From Octopus sinensis (Eukaryota): a DNA stretch of 49,947 nt. Made by a program: the position numbers and the translations under genes. Positions within the stretch are counted from its first letter, which is position 1; every line of letters begins with the position of its first letter. The notes beneath the pieces are model-generated. The model did not search any database and was not told the origin of the DNA. It saw only the letters and a list, made by a program, of their open reading frames with translations. This document shows positions 1 to 11,756 of this stretch, in pieces. The stretch spans positions 1-49,947 of the forward strand of contig NW_021834455.1 in assembly GCF_006345805.1 (NCBI RefSeq), written 5' to 3'.

Positions 1-239
1 CAAGAAAAAGACTGACAGCAATATCAACAACAACAACAACGGCAACAATAATTTGTTTCTAAATAGGTACAACACAATGCGGTAGTGGTGGTGGTGGTCG
101 ATGATATCCCCCAATATTTAACTGGTATTGTATTCATTTTCAGCTCTATCGAAAATGGAAGACAAGATTGATCTCGGTGGTGGTGGGGTGGATTCGAACT
201 CAGAATCTAAACAGCCGGATTAAATATCGCCACAGCTTT

Positions 240-490
240 TTGTTTTTCGGCCAATCCACCACCCAGGCAACAACAACAACAACAACAAAAACAACAGTAA
301 CAACAACAACAACAGTAGCAGCAGCAGCAGCAGTAGTAGTAACAATATCAAAACATACAAAGTAAGAGGGCAACAGCAGTATCAACCACGACAACAATAA
401 TCACAACAACAACAACAGCAATAAAAACGATAACAACAATAACAACACCAGCAACAACTACAACAACAACAACAACAACAACAGCCACAA
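240..490. repeat. (CAA)n/(CAG)n-rich trinucleotide low-complexity tract
   Basis: Runs of caacaacaa and gcagcagca seen directly; source of the poly-T/poly-V ORFs. Confidence 0.9.
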
Positions 491-1451
491 CAACACAAAC
501 AGCAGTAATAGCAGCAGGATACACCGTGTGGCAAGGAAGGGCAACAGCAGTCTCAACCCGAAAAACAAGCACAGCAGTAATATAAACAAAAAACAATACC
601 GAACACCTTTCCTATTTTATTCCGGGTAGATGTCATATCTTAACAAATATCTTTTGCACCTGATTCTACTGAAAATAGCCAAAATGTTACAGTTTTCTGA
701 GTTTGTCATTCTTCATCTGAGGTGTTTGGAAGCCAAAAAACGTACATCTTGTAAGTACCTCCCTGAAAATAAAACCAGGTAACAGCTGCCGAGAGTAGGA
801 ACAAAGCGTGTTGTTGAAAGAAAATTTCTATCCAAAGCCAAACTTATATTTTGTTGCAGTTGTTGTTTCCACCTGTTGCTGTGTGACCATTCCATGTGTA
901 TTTTTTGCTGAAAAAAAAACAAAACAAACAACAAAATTTCTCTTTCCTCAAAAACACAAGTCCAGTTTTGATGTCAACCCCAAGCGCTCTTCTCTTCCAC
1001 ACCCTTCTGTTTCGTCAACCTTTCTTCAAATAAATAAATAAAATTCTCCGTGCGCTGAAAAGTTGTTGACAGTGCACCAGAATATTTGCTTATTCTTCGT
1101 TAATAATCAGTCCTTGATTACTTATTAAGCTCGACCCCACCTTAATCTATTAATTATTAATGATGTCACGAGGTCACAGGTTGATGTAGGTGTTAACCTC
1201 GAATCTAAAGCTCATCAAACAGGATAAATAAATAAAAAAAAAGAAAAATTCCAATCGCTATCCTCAAGTATCTAGAAATAAAAATTATACACTAAACAAT
1301 GTTTTTTCTATTTTTCAGTCGCCAGTGTTATTTGAGGGAATTTGGTTACTATTTCTAGCAGGTCAAATTAAATAATGCAATAACAACAACAACAGTTCTA
1401 TATCTATGAGATGAGGAATTATGTACATTATTTTCATTATTTCCATTATTT

Positions 1452-1610
1452 ATATTTGACGGATATTTGTTCTCATCTTGTTTGTTGTTAACACAACGTT
1501 TAGGCTGATATATCCTCCAGCCTTCATCAGGTGTCTTGGGAAAATTTCGAACCTGGGTTCTCATTCCTAACGTATTTTCCCGATGTTATTATTATTCAGG
1601 TCACTGAATA
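1452..1610 (-). mobile_element. Penelope-like element terminal (pLTR-type) fragment with degenerate hammerhead motif
   Basis: Minus strand reads GACAC-CTGATGA-A-GGCTG..CAGCC-TAAAC-GTT-GTGTT. The CTGANGA...GAAAC architecture is typical of Penelope termini. Confidence 0.6.
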
Positions 1611-1824
1611 CCAGTAACATTAACAGTGACAAGATACCACCATTAGCAACATTATTAGTCGGAAGGAGAGGATTGGGTGCTGCTGTTTAGGCGCTGACGA
1701 TTTGGCACGGCTGATTGGATGGGCGCCCAGAGGGCTTTGGCGACAATATATTTTGGCGCTGGAGGAAAACACACGTTTATGCGCGCACTCTAACTTAGGG
1801 ATATGTATATACAGATAAAAAGAG

Positions 1825-1951
<127 letters not shown>

Positions 1952-1989
1952 AACAGAGTCGGGGGAAGGAGAAAACAAAATAAATATTC

Positions 1990-2538
1990 TTTTCTACAAG
2001 GTCCGAAATTTTGGGGGAGGGAGCCAGTCGATTAGATCAACCTCAGTACGCAACTAGTACTTAATTTATCGACCCCGAAAGGATGAAAGACAAAGTCAAC
2101 CTCAGCAGCATTTAAACTCAGAACGTAGCAGCAGACGAAATACCTATTTCTTTACTACCCACAAGGGGTTAAACACAGAGAGGACAAACAAGGACAGACA
2201 AACGGATTAAGTCGATTATATCGACTCCAGTGCGTAACTGGTACTTATTTAATCGACCCCGAAAGGATGAAAGGTAAAGCCGACCTCGGCGGAATTTGAA
2301 CTCAGAATGTAGCGGCAGACGAAATACCTATTTCTTTACAACCCACAAGAGGCTAAACACAGAGAGGACTAACAAGGACAGACAAACGGATTAAGTCGAT
2401 TATATCGACCCCAGTGCGTAACTGGTACTTAATTTATCGACCCCGAAAGGATGAAAGGCAAAGTCGACCTCCGCGGAATTTGAACTCACAACGTAACGGC
2501 AGACAAAATACCGCTAAGCATTTCGCCCGGCGTGCTAA
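1990..2538 (-). mobile_element. tRNA-derived SINE-A concatemer (head + 2 internal ~184-bp units + terminal unit with tail A1)
   Basis: Head GGCGGTGAGCTGGCAGAACCG (A box), GAGTTCAAATTCC (B box), central GCCTTTCATCCTTTCGGGGTCGATAAATTAAGTACC resembling the Deu/Nin-type SINE domain. Junctions at 2144/2145 and 2328/2329. Confidence 0.85.
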
Positions 2539-2924
2539 CGGTTCTGCCAGCTCACCGCCATGATGACATGATAAATATTAAGACGTCAGAATAATCGATG
2601 CCAAAACGTCTCCTAACCAACCCTAGTAACTACAACAAGAACATCATGAAGAAGTAAGAGAGGTTACATAGGAGCGATGAATTTATTCAAAATAGCAGAG
2701 AAATATCCCTCAAATCTCATACTTTTAAGAAAGGAGACTTACCTAATGTAATAATGGTTATAGAGCGTCTGTAAGAAAATATCGGTATCAGATTAGAATA
2801 AACCAGATTTCAGTGATAGCAGATTATCTGAGATTAAACAACAACAACAAAAATAAATGGATAAATTTAGATAGAAAATCTAATAAAATAACACAGGGCG
2901 TAGAAAAGCAACATTTAAGCAAAT

Positions 2925-3575
2925 ATGTATGTGTGTGTGTGTGTATGTATGTATGTGTGTGTGTATGTATGTATGTATGTATGTGTGTGTGTATGTATGT
3001 ATGTGTGTATGTGTGTATGTATGTATGTATGTGTGTATGTATGTATGTATGTATGTATTATGTATGTATGTATGTGTGTGTGTATGTATGTATGTGTGTA
3101 TGTATGTGTGTATGTATGTATGCATGTATGTATGTATGTATGTATTTACGTATGCGTGTATGTATGTATTTACGTATGCGTGTATGTATGTATGTATTTA
3201 CGTATGCGTGTATGTATGTATTTACGTATGCGTGTATCTGTGTGTGTATGTATGTATGTATGTATGTTTGTATGTATGTATGTATGTATGTATGTATGTA
3301 TGTATGTATGTATGTATGTATGAATATATGTATGTATGTACGTATGTATGTATGTGTATGTATGTATGTGTATGTGTATGAATGTTTGTATGTATGTATG
3401 TATGTATGTATGTATGTATGTATGTGTATGTATGTATGCTTGTATGTATGTGTATGTATGCATGTATGTATGTTTGTATGTATGTTTGTATTATGTCTGT
3501 ATGTATTTATGTGTGTATGTATGTATGTATTTATGTATGTATGTATGTATGTGTGTATGTATGTATATCTCTGTG
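2925..3575. repeat. (TATG)n/(TG)n compound microsatellite
   Basis: Seen directly; explains the CVCMY-type ORFs. Confidence 0.95.
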
Positions 3576-4617
3576 TGTGAGTGGGTGTGATGTTGGAACG
3601 GTGGCGAGAGAGTTCCAGCTAATTTAGTGAGGTTGAATCTAAAGATTATGTGTGGGGCGCGGTGTTTGGTTAAAAGATGAGGACTTGTCATTCGAGAACG
3701 GAGAAGTGCGTTGATATTTTGAGATTTTTTTTTGTCCGTAGAAACCCGGCCCCGGATCACGTATAACGTATTTTAATGTCAGTTTAACCGCCTCCTGCTC
3801 TGAGGAATCCAGCCAGCAGCTGTTGAACAGGATTCCTTTTCTGTTTCCAACTTTTCTTCCGCGAATTTCTGGCCTTTGTAATACTGGCATCTGTGACCAA
3901 TTTCTTCGAGGTTGAAGGAAAACTAAAACAAAATATGACATGAAAATTTAAGAAATAAAAATGCAACATTAATACACACACATATATATGTATAAGTATG
4001 TGTGTGTGTGGATATATATGTATATATATATATTATATATAATATTAATATATAATATATATATATGTATATATATTTATAATATATATTATATTTATAA
4101 GTATACATGTGTGTGTGTAATGCTCTAAGTCAAGTTTGCTACAATAAATATGTAATAACCATTATTTACGTTTTGTCTTATATACACACATCCATAGCGT
4201 ATATGTGCGTGTGCATGCGTTTTTGTGTGTGAGCGCTCGCGCGTATATATATATAATTATATCAAAGGGAAATGGAAATTAATTAAAATTTTCATTTCCA
4301 GTGGTCTAACGGGTAAAAATTTAGTCTAAAGACTATATATTAGTAAAAAAATACAGTGTACATTTAAACACATAAGGAATCCACTCGTGGGATTCAACAC
4401 GCTAGAAAGAACAGCTAGGTTCTATAACCACAAAATTAGGGATAAAATTCGACAGGAACGAAATGAAAAAATCCAAACATTTTACCATCGAGTTTCCTGG
4501 ACCAATTGGTTTCTCATTTTAGTTTAGCAAGTAAAATAATATATACTCGCTAGGTGAAATCGTCCTCAGCAGGGTTTCAATATATAAAACACGAAGCGAT
4601 CAAATTATGTGCCTCTT

Positions 4618-4662
<45 letters not shown>

Positions 4663-5184
4663 CTGTTAAGTTCATCTCTATAGATTTTTCTATAGAAATT
4701 ATATCAAGCTCTGATTTTGTTAGATACCAGCTTGTATCCGAGACGCCTGATGCAATCACCGACAATGAGTTTGAAGATGAAAATTGAGTAATAGGCGTAT
4801 ATGCCATATTTCAGGAGTTCCTTCTCCCTCATTAGGACCCATCTAACCCCTTAATCATCCACGAACAGATTGCTTAAATAACCACTAAGTGAAGCGGCGT
4901 ATCGCTTTTGGATTGACCAATTTTACATATCAAACACATTCCTGGAAGCTGGTGCGTAAATCTTTATGGCGTGTTGGGACATCGTATATCGCTATGCAGC
5001 CACGATACACTGCAAAGTATATTAAACGTTTTTATAAGTCAATACTGTGTTCTTCTGTGTTAGCAGTGCTATTATATCACTTGTTAAAACTATCTTTGCA
5101 GAGTTTCCACAGAAATTATAACCAGCACTGATTTTGTTGCCTACCAGCTTCTAGGAATGTGTTTATACATTTCAATTTAACTAT

Positions 5185-5573
5185 TTCTTTTTACTTTACT
5201 TGCTTCAGTCATTTGGCTGCGACCAGGCTGGAGCACCACCTTTAGTTGAACAAATCGACCCAGCATTTATTGTTTGTAAGCCTAGTACTTATTCAATCGA
5301 TAACTTTTGTCGAACCGTTAAGTTACGGGGGCGTAAACACACCGACGTGGTTGTCAAGTGATGGTGGGGGGACGAACACAGACACAAATACATACATACA
5401 TACATGCATACACACACACACACACACACACTCACACACACACACACACACATATATATATTTATACATATGTATATAAGACGGGCTTCTTTCTGTTTCC
5501 GTGTACGAAATCCACTCACAAGGCTTTTGTCAGCCCGAGGCTATAGCAGAAGACACTTGCCCAAGATGTCATG
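5185..5573 (-). mobile_element. SINE-B (CORE-type tRNA SINE), 5'-truncated
   Basis: Matches the other SINE-B copies from CTTGGGCAAGTGTCTTC to the GGTGCTCCAGC..CTGAAGCAAGTAAAG tail; internal (CA)n. Confidence 0.85.
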
Positions 5574-6899
5574 TAGAAAAATTCTCTGAAAAAGATAAAG
5601 ATTAGCAAGGGAGCAACGAAATAGGCGGCGATCAGACTGATATCAAGGACAACAGAAATATGTAAATAGACAATAGGGTATTCCAGGACGCAGTCAAGAA
5701 GACTCTTTCCTCAATAACTCTCACATTTTCCAACTCAACAAAGTCATACTGATGGGTGAGTGTAAAAGAATGAGGCCTGGGTCAGTTCACTTGCAAAATA
5801 TCCTCAGTTTGGTGGATGTAGGGGTAGTCACGAGATTAGAATCTGCTGCACAGAGTCAATCTCGTTTCTTCACATCTACTTATGAATGCGAGCATCATTC
5901 AATAGTCCGCGTTCGAGAAGAACAGCATTATTGTTTCGGATCGCGAGGCATGGGGTAAATCCCTGGAGACATACAGTAAATCTTTGATCATGCACCCCAA
6001 AGCAGCGAAGGTGGTACCTTTAGGCTGGTACCCGATCATATCGCGACCGAGGAGCACAGTGAACGGGTTCTATGGAAGTGTAATTCTGAGAAAAGTTCCA
6101 CTCATTAGTGTTAGAGTGTGACTGGAATGGCATTTTAGATGCACCCTGGGATTGTGTCCAAATATGCGATAAGAGAGGTGGCGAATAAGACCGTCTTATC
6201 AAGGGCAATAACAAACCCTGCCAAGTACTTTCAACTTTCAGACAGGTACAGATTGGATGTTCCAGGTGTACTTAGACAAATGTAGTTAGACAAACCGCAC
6301 CAACCCGTCCACATCGTATCTCTACAAAACATTTGCTAGATCAGGTGCAAAAGATAATATGGGGTGGCCATAATTTACTCGGCTACACAGACCACAAATT
6401 CGTAATCTGCATAATCCATCTAGATTGGACGCACGTACAAAGTAATATCGGGTGGTGATGAGAGTGGTGGTGGTGGTCACGATGGAAGTGATGAAATTTG
6501 TAATAGTTTGTTGGGGGCGGTGATGGTGGTGGCGGTGAATGTGGTGGCTGCGGTGATGGTGGTGGCGGTGATGGTGGTGGAGATAGTTGTGGTGGTGATG
6601 TTTGCGGGAATATTCATCACAGAACAAATTAGCGCGTACACACACACACACACACACACACAACACACGTACACACACACACACACACAAGCTGTTGTTA
6701 CTGTTGCACATGGTGTTGTTATTGCTGTTGTTGTTTGTGCAGTTGTTGTTTACGCTGCTGTTTAACGTTCACTGATTCGTTTGATGTACATTTTGTGGTT
6801 GTTGTTGCTGTTGTTGTTGTTAGTTTTCAAAATGTTTTTCTTTTATCTCATTGTTATTGTTGTTCTTCTTGATGCACGTGTTGATGGCAATGTTATTGA

Positions 6900-7035
6900 A
6901 GTGTCGATGAAGATGACGAGGATGTTGTTCATGATGATGACGAATATGATGATAATGATGATGATGATGATGATGGTGGTGGTGATGATGATGATAATGA
7001 CAAAGATGATGATGATGATGATGATGATGACGAAT

Positions 7036-7075
<40 letters not shown>

Positions 7076-7080
7076 CGAAT

Positions 7081-7113
<33 letters not shown>

Positions 7114-7125
7114 GTGACGAATATA

Positions 7126-7165
<40 letters not shown>

Positions 7166-7173
7166 CGATGAAT

Positions 7174-7210
<37 letters not shown>

Positions 7211-7215
7211 CGAAT

Positions 7216-7252
<37 letters not shown>

Positions 7253-7275
7253 CGAATATAATGATGATGATGATG
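6900..7275. repeat. (ATG)n array with higher-order ACGAAT-punctuated units
   Basis: Repeated gacgaatatgat(gat)n blocks. Confidence 0.9.
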
Positions 7276-7505
7276 AAACTGCTGCGGCTGCTGATGGAAG
7301 TAGTGGTGGTGGTGGTGGTGGTGGTGGTGGTGGCGGCGGCGATGTTGATGGATGTGATGGAGATGGTTACGATTGCGTCAAAGAACTTGCTGCAGGTGCT
7401 GCTGATACAATCGCTGTGTAAAACATCCCTTGAACACACAGGCACCACACACGAACGGAATCTTACATATAGTCTATAGTTACATATAATCTATAAATAT
7501 TATAC

Positions 7506-7657
7506 GTGGATCTCCGTCGCTTACGACGACAATGAATGTTCAACGAAACAGCCTGCTCGTGAAATTAACGTGCAAGTGGCTGAGTACTCCGCTGACAGGC
7601 ATGCTCTTAGCGTAGTTCTCATGGAGATTCAGCGTGACACAGAATGTGACAAGGCTG
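7506..7657 (-). mobile_element. SINE-C 3' fragment
   Basis: Reverse complement matches 27290-27455 (CAGCCACTTGCACGTTAATTTCACGAGCAGGCTGTT...GTCGTCGTAA). Confidence 0.8.
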
Positions 7658-8405
7658 ATAGACTTCCGTAACTGCTTCAGCAAGTTGTCATGGTACTATC
7701 CGTTGATGGCGTGACCCTCATGAAGATAGGCAATAAACAATGCCTTCTGCCTCCCAAAAAGCTGAAGCTCTTACCTGCCCTGTAGATGAAAAGAGCAGGG
7801 TAGGTTGGGGTGTTCCAATTGCATGGATTGTCTGTGTGTCTCTGGCTCAAAGAGACGAACCCAACATTCATCCTGGTTTCGGAAACGTTCAAGGAAACCA
7901 GCCGGACCCGCCTCAAACCATGTCAGATTCTCTCGCGATGTGATCGGCCCTGGTGCGCTTTTGATCAGGTGTCAGAAGACGTGGCACTCACCGAGCAGAA
8001 GAAACCTTCATCATGCCAAGTTCATTCTGCAGAATATTCTCAACTCTCTCACAAGGTATTCTAACGGCATTGGCTATTTATTTTAGAGTCACATGCTTGT
8101 CATCCATCATCATGAGATGAACATGGTCAATGTTTTCCTCGGTGGTGGCAGTTGCAGGACGTCCAGACTCTGGGTCACATCCGAGACTCTCCCTTCCCCT
8201 CATAAATTCATCTGCCCACTTTTGCTCTGATGATAAAATGTCATCCTCTAACGTAGCAATCATGTCCGCATGAATGTTCTTCGGTGGGGTTAAACCCTTC
8301 CATTTTTGCAGACACTTGATAACAGCACGATGCCAAATTTTGTCGATTTTGAAGAGAAGTTGCTACTTGTTACATTTGAAGTCTTCTTTGAAGAGTTAGA
8401 TGTCA

Positions 8406-8745
8406 GGAGTAAAGATTTTTGCAAACATAACATGGCAGTCCTGGTTTAGTCACTGATCTAGTTGTCACTTTGAAAACTATATATTTCGAACGAAAATTTG
8501 GCAGCGCCACCGCTAGCCGAACAATCATTCTGTGCTGATGAAGAGAAATAACCCGGAAATCGCGATACACAGATATTGTTTTGAGCTGAGTGGGGGTGGT
8601 GGTGCTAGATTCCCTTGTTCAAAAATATACGGACACTGGTCGTGTCGTATAGCCAGCTGGAGACGATGTCTCCTGGGGCTAAATTACAGCAACATTCATC
8701 CTAAACCAGGACTGCCATGTTATGTTGGCAAACAATCTTTACTCC
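8406..8745. mobile_element. MITE-like element with ~44-bp terminal inverted repeats, nested in mariner
   Basis: 8406-8449 GGAGTAAAGATTTTTGCAAACATAACATGGCAGTCCTGGTTTAG is the near-perfect reverse complement of 8701-8745. Absent from mariner copy 2. Confidence 0.8.
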
Positions 8746-8842
8746 AAAGTACTGTTGCTGAATATCTCTCGTGGTGAGATTTAAAAATTGTAATTTTCTA
8801 AGGTATATGTCAGTTTACCAGGAAAGAAATAATGTAGTTATT

Positions 8843-8988
8843 GATCTTTTCTACTCTAGGCACAAGGTCCAAAATTTTGGGGAGAAGGACCAATTGATTA
8901 GATCGACCCCAGTACGCAAATGGTACTTAATTTATCGACCCCGAAAGGATGAAAGGCAAAGTCAACCTCGGTGGAATTTGAACTCAGA
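8843..8988 (-). mobile_element. SINE-A (tail A1), 5'-truncated, with 12-bp TSD
   Basis: AATGTAGTTATT at 8831-8842 and 8989-9000; the empty site is visible in mariner copy 2. Confidence 0.9.
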
Positions 8989-9494
8989 AATGTAGTTATT
9001 AATAAGAAAGGTTGAAATGAATGCATGCAAGATTCCCCAGCTCTAGAATCACTCCTTCATAGTCAACCTGTGAACTTTATTACACACCTGCATATGTTAC
9101 TAACATCAAAGGTGGGCCACAGCCATGCTATTACGGATACAGTAGCTCTTGGTGGGGGACATTACCAAGACAGGGAATCTTTGCTGGGCCGAGATTGTTC
9201 TGTAGTGTGAATTCTCTCACGAGTTACCGTAACAAGAACATAAAGAAGAACAAATCCGAAGAATCTCTCAAGAATTCCATTGTTGTCCGTTTCTCTCTGA
9301 GTATTGACAATGGCCTGCTGTAGCCTCTGATGGCGAAAGCCTTCAAGATCACACGAAGAACTGGCGAAAGGAAATAGGTGAAGAACCCAGGAGAGATTTG
9401 CCCTTGTCGCAGCTGCAGACGGAGTTCCCTATCCTGCATTCGCCTGGGATACAAACAACTCCCTTCCTGATTCCTCTTTCGAGAATCTAAGCCG

Positions 9495-9508
9495 TGATGA
9501 TGATAATG

Positions 9509-9557
<49 letters not shown>

Positions 9558-9782
9558 GGATGATGAAGGTGATGATGAAGATAAAGAAGGTGGTGATGGT
9601 GATGGTGATGGTGATGGTGATGATACTGATGATAAGGTTGTTGAGAAAGTTGATGGTGATGATGATGATGATGCTTTGTACTTGAGGCAAGGCGGTTGTC
9701 GGTGAGTGTGGTAGCGTTGCTAGGGAATGATCTTTCTATACGTGGAGTTGATGGCGATGATGACGATGATGATGATGACAAA

Positions 9783-9825
<43 letters not shown>

Positions 9826-9910
9826 TTGATGGTAATGAATAGCGTGATATTTGTACTGGCCGTAGCGTTAATGGCTAGTAGTAGTAGTAGTAGTAGTAGT
9901 CGTAGTAGTG
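9495..9910. repeat. (ATG)n/(GTA)n trinucleotide tracts
   Basis: Seen directly. Confidence 0.9.
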
Positions 9911-10124
9911 TTGTGGTGGTGGTGTTGGTGGTGGTGATAGATAATGGCGCTGGAGAAAGTGTGTCATTGATTAATTCTTGTGAACTGCAATTACAATATA
10001 TTGCAAAGAATTAGGGTCCATGCTAAAGAGATTGTGTCTGTTGTGGAGAGATAAGAGAGCCCCACTGGCCCCTTTGTCTCTCCGCCCCGCTCCATCCATC
10101 ACCCTACACCCTTTTAACTCTCTT

Positions 10125-10156
<32 letters not shown>

Positions 10157-10275
10157 TCATTTCGAGATAGTTATCTGCGAAAGGGACAGAGAGACGTTGC
10201 AGTCAAGTATTTTCACCAAATCTGGGTGCAGGCATTACACAGCCTCATCTCTCTTCCTTCCGTTCTTTCTATCTG

Positions 10276-10680
<405 letters not shown>

Positions 10681-11186
10681 CTCCTGCGTTCATGCTTGTC
10701 TGTCTGATTATTTGTGTTACTTGTGTGCGTGTGCGTATTTGCATGTCTGACCAAAACTTTAAAATATATCAATTTTAAAACCACTTACATACATTCGCAA
10801 ATACATACAATCATATTTATACACTGACATATGTACATGTATATATGTACACATATGTGTGTCTATGTATGTGTGTATATGTACTGGCATTGATGTAGCA
10901 ACATTTGAAATATTGTCTAGGTAAATGCAGCTGATGAAGACTGATCAAATTTACGTCGGCAAACGTATTTGAAGAGTCAGAAACCAGTCCTGCATTATCC
11001 GATTCTGGGTGTCCGCTTATCAAATGTTCTTCCTGGAGGTAAGACAAATTTTTCATGTTTGTTGCACACACACTCTTTCCCAGTAAATACGCAGTGAAGC
11101 TTTACAATAGCGTCGTACTTGTATCGACTGCTATTTCCAGTAAATATTGGTGCCTTGTTGTACTCATCTGTATATATATATATATA

Positions 11187-11590
11187 GGCGCAGGAGTGGC
11201 TGTGTGGTAAGTAACTTGTTTACCAACCACATGGTTCCGGGTTCAGTCCCACTGCGTGACACCTTGGGCAAGTGTCTTCTACTATAGCCTCGGGCCGACC
11301 AAAGCCTTGTGAGTGGATTTGGTAGACGGAAACTGAAAGAAGCTCGTCGTATATATGTATATATATATATATATATGCGTGTGTGTGTTCGTGTGTCTGT
11401 GTTTGTCCCCCTATCATTGCTTGACAACCGATGCTGGTGTGTTTATGTCCCCGTTACTTAGCGCTTCGGCAAAAGAGACCGATAGAATAAGTACTGGGCT
11501 CACAAAAGAATAAGTCCCGGGGTCGAGTTGCTCAATTAAAGGCGGTGCTCCAGCATGGCCGCAGTCAACTGACTGAAACAAGTGAAAAAA
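11187..11590 (+). mobile_element. SINE-B (CORE-type tRNA SINE), full length
   Basis: GGCGCAGGAGTGGCTGTGTGGTAAG (A box), GGGTTCAGTCCC (B box), CCTTGGGCAAGT CORE-like motif, internal (TA)/(TG) tract, tail GGCGGTGCTCCAGCATGGCCGCAGTC..TGAAACAAG. Resembles the described octopus OK/OR tRNA-SINEs; exact family not verified. Confidence 0.9.
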
Positions 11591-11756
11591 TATATATATG
11601 TATATATAAATATGTCTGTGTGTGTGAGAATGTATGTATTTATATACTCAAAACAATATTCAGGCTGCTGAGATAATTTGAAAACAATATCTAATTACTT
11701 AACGGTGAGTCTTTTTTTACCACTCTGATGAGATTTTGTCTAATACAATGATTTAA

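Larger units (their letters stand above)
7657..9092 (-). mobile_element. Decayed mariner (irritans/Himar1-like) copy 1, 3'-truncated, with two nested insertions
   Basis: Homologous along its length to 23300-24899. Frames give WADEFMRGRESL..ESGRPATATTEENIDHVH and RLLT.DQKR-like transposase pieces with stops and frameshifts. The end near 9092 is followed by TA. Confidence 0.85.

Noticed and set aside
2743-2768. 26-nt microexon with strong acceptor and GTAAGT donor (minus strand)
   Set aside because: Lies next to sequence resembling an old dispersed repeat (similar pieces near 28700 and 45880); nothing else supports it.
2813-3590. Long Cys/Val/Met/Tyr-rich ORFs (and equivalents at 13-15, 25, 43-44 and 46 kb)
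   Set aside because: Translations of TATG/TG/CA microsatellites, which lack stop codons in several frames.
6781-7479. Met-rich ORF that might suggest a reflectin
   Set aside because: Pure (ATG)n; no reflectin MD-x-MD repeat motif or Tyr/Arg content. The same applies to 9494-10014 and 44430-44792.
9310-9400. RGYSRPL resemblance to the ABCC/MRP lasso motif
   Set aside because: Spacing to the upstream aromatic motif does not fit and the flanks show no similarity.
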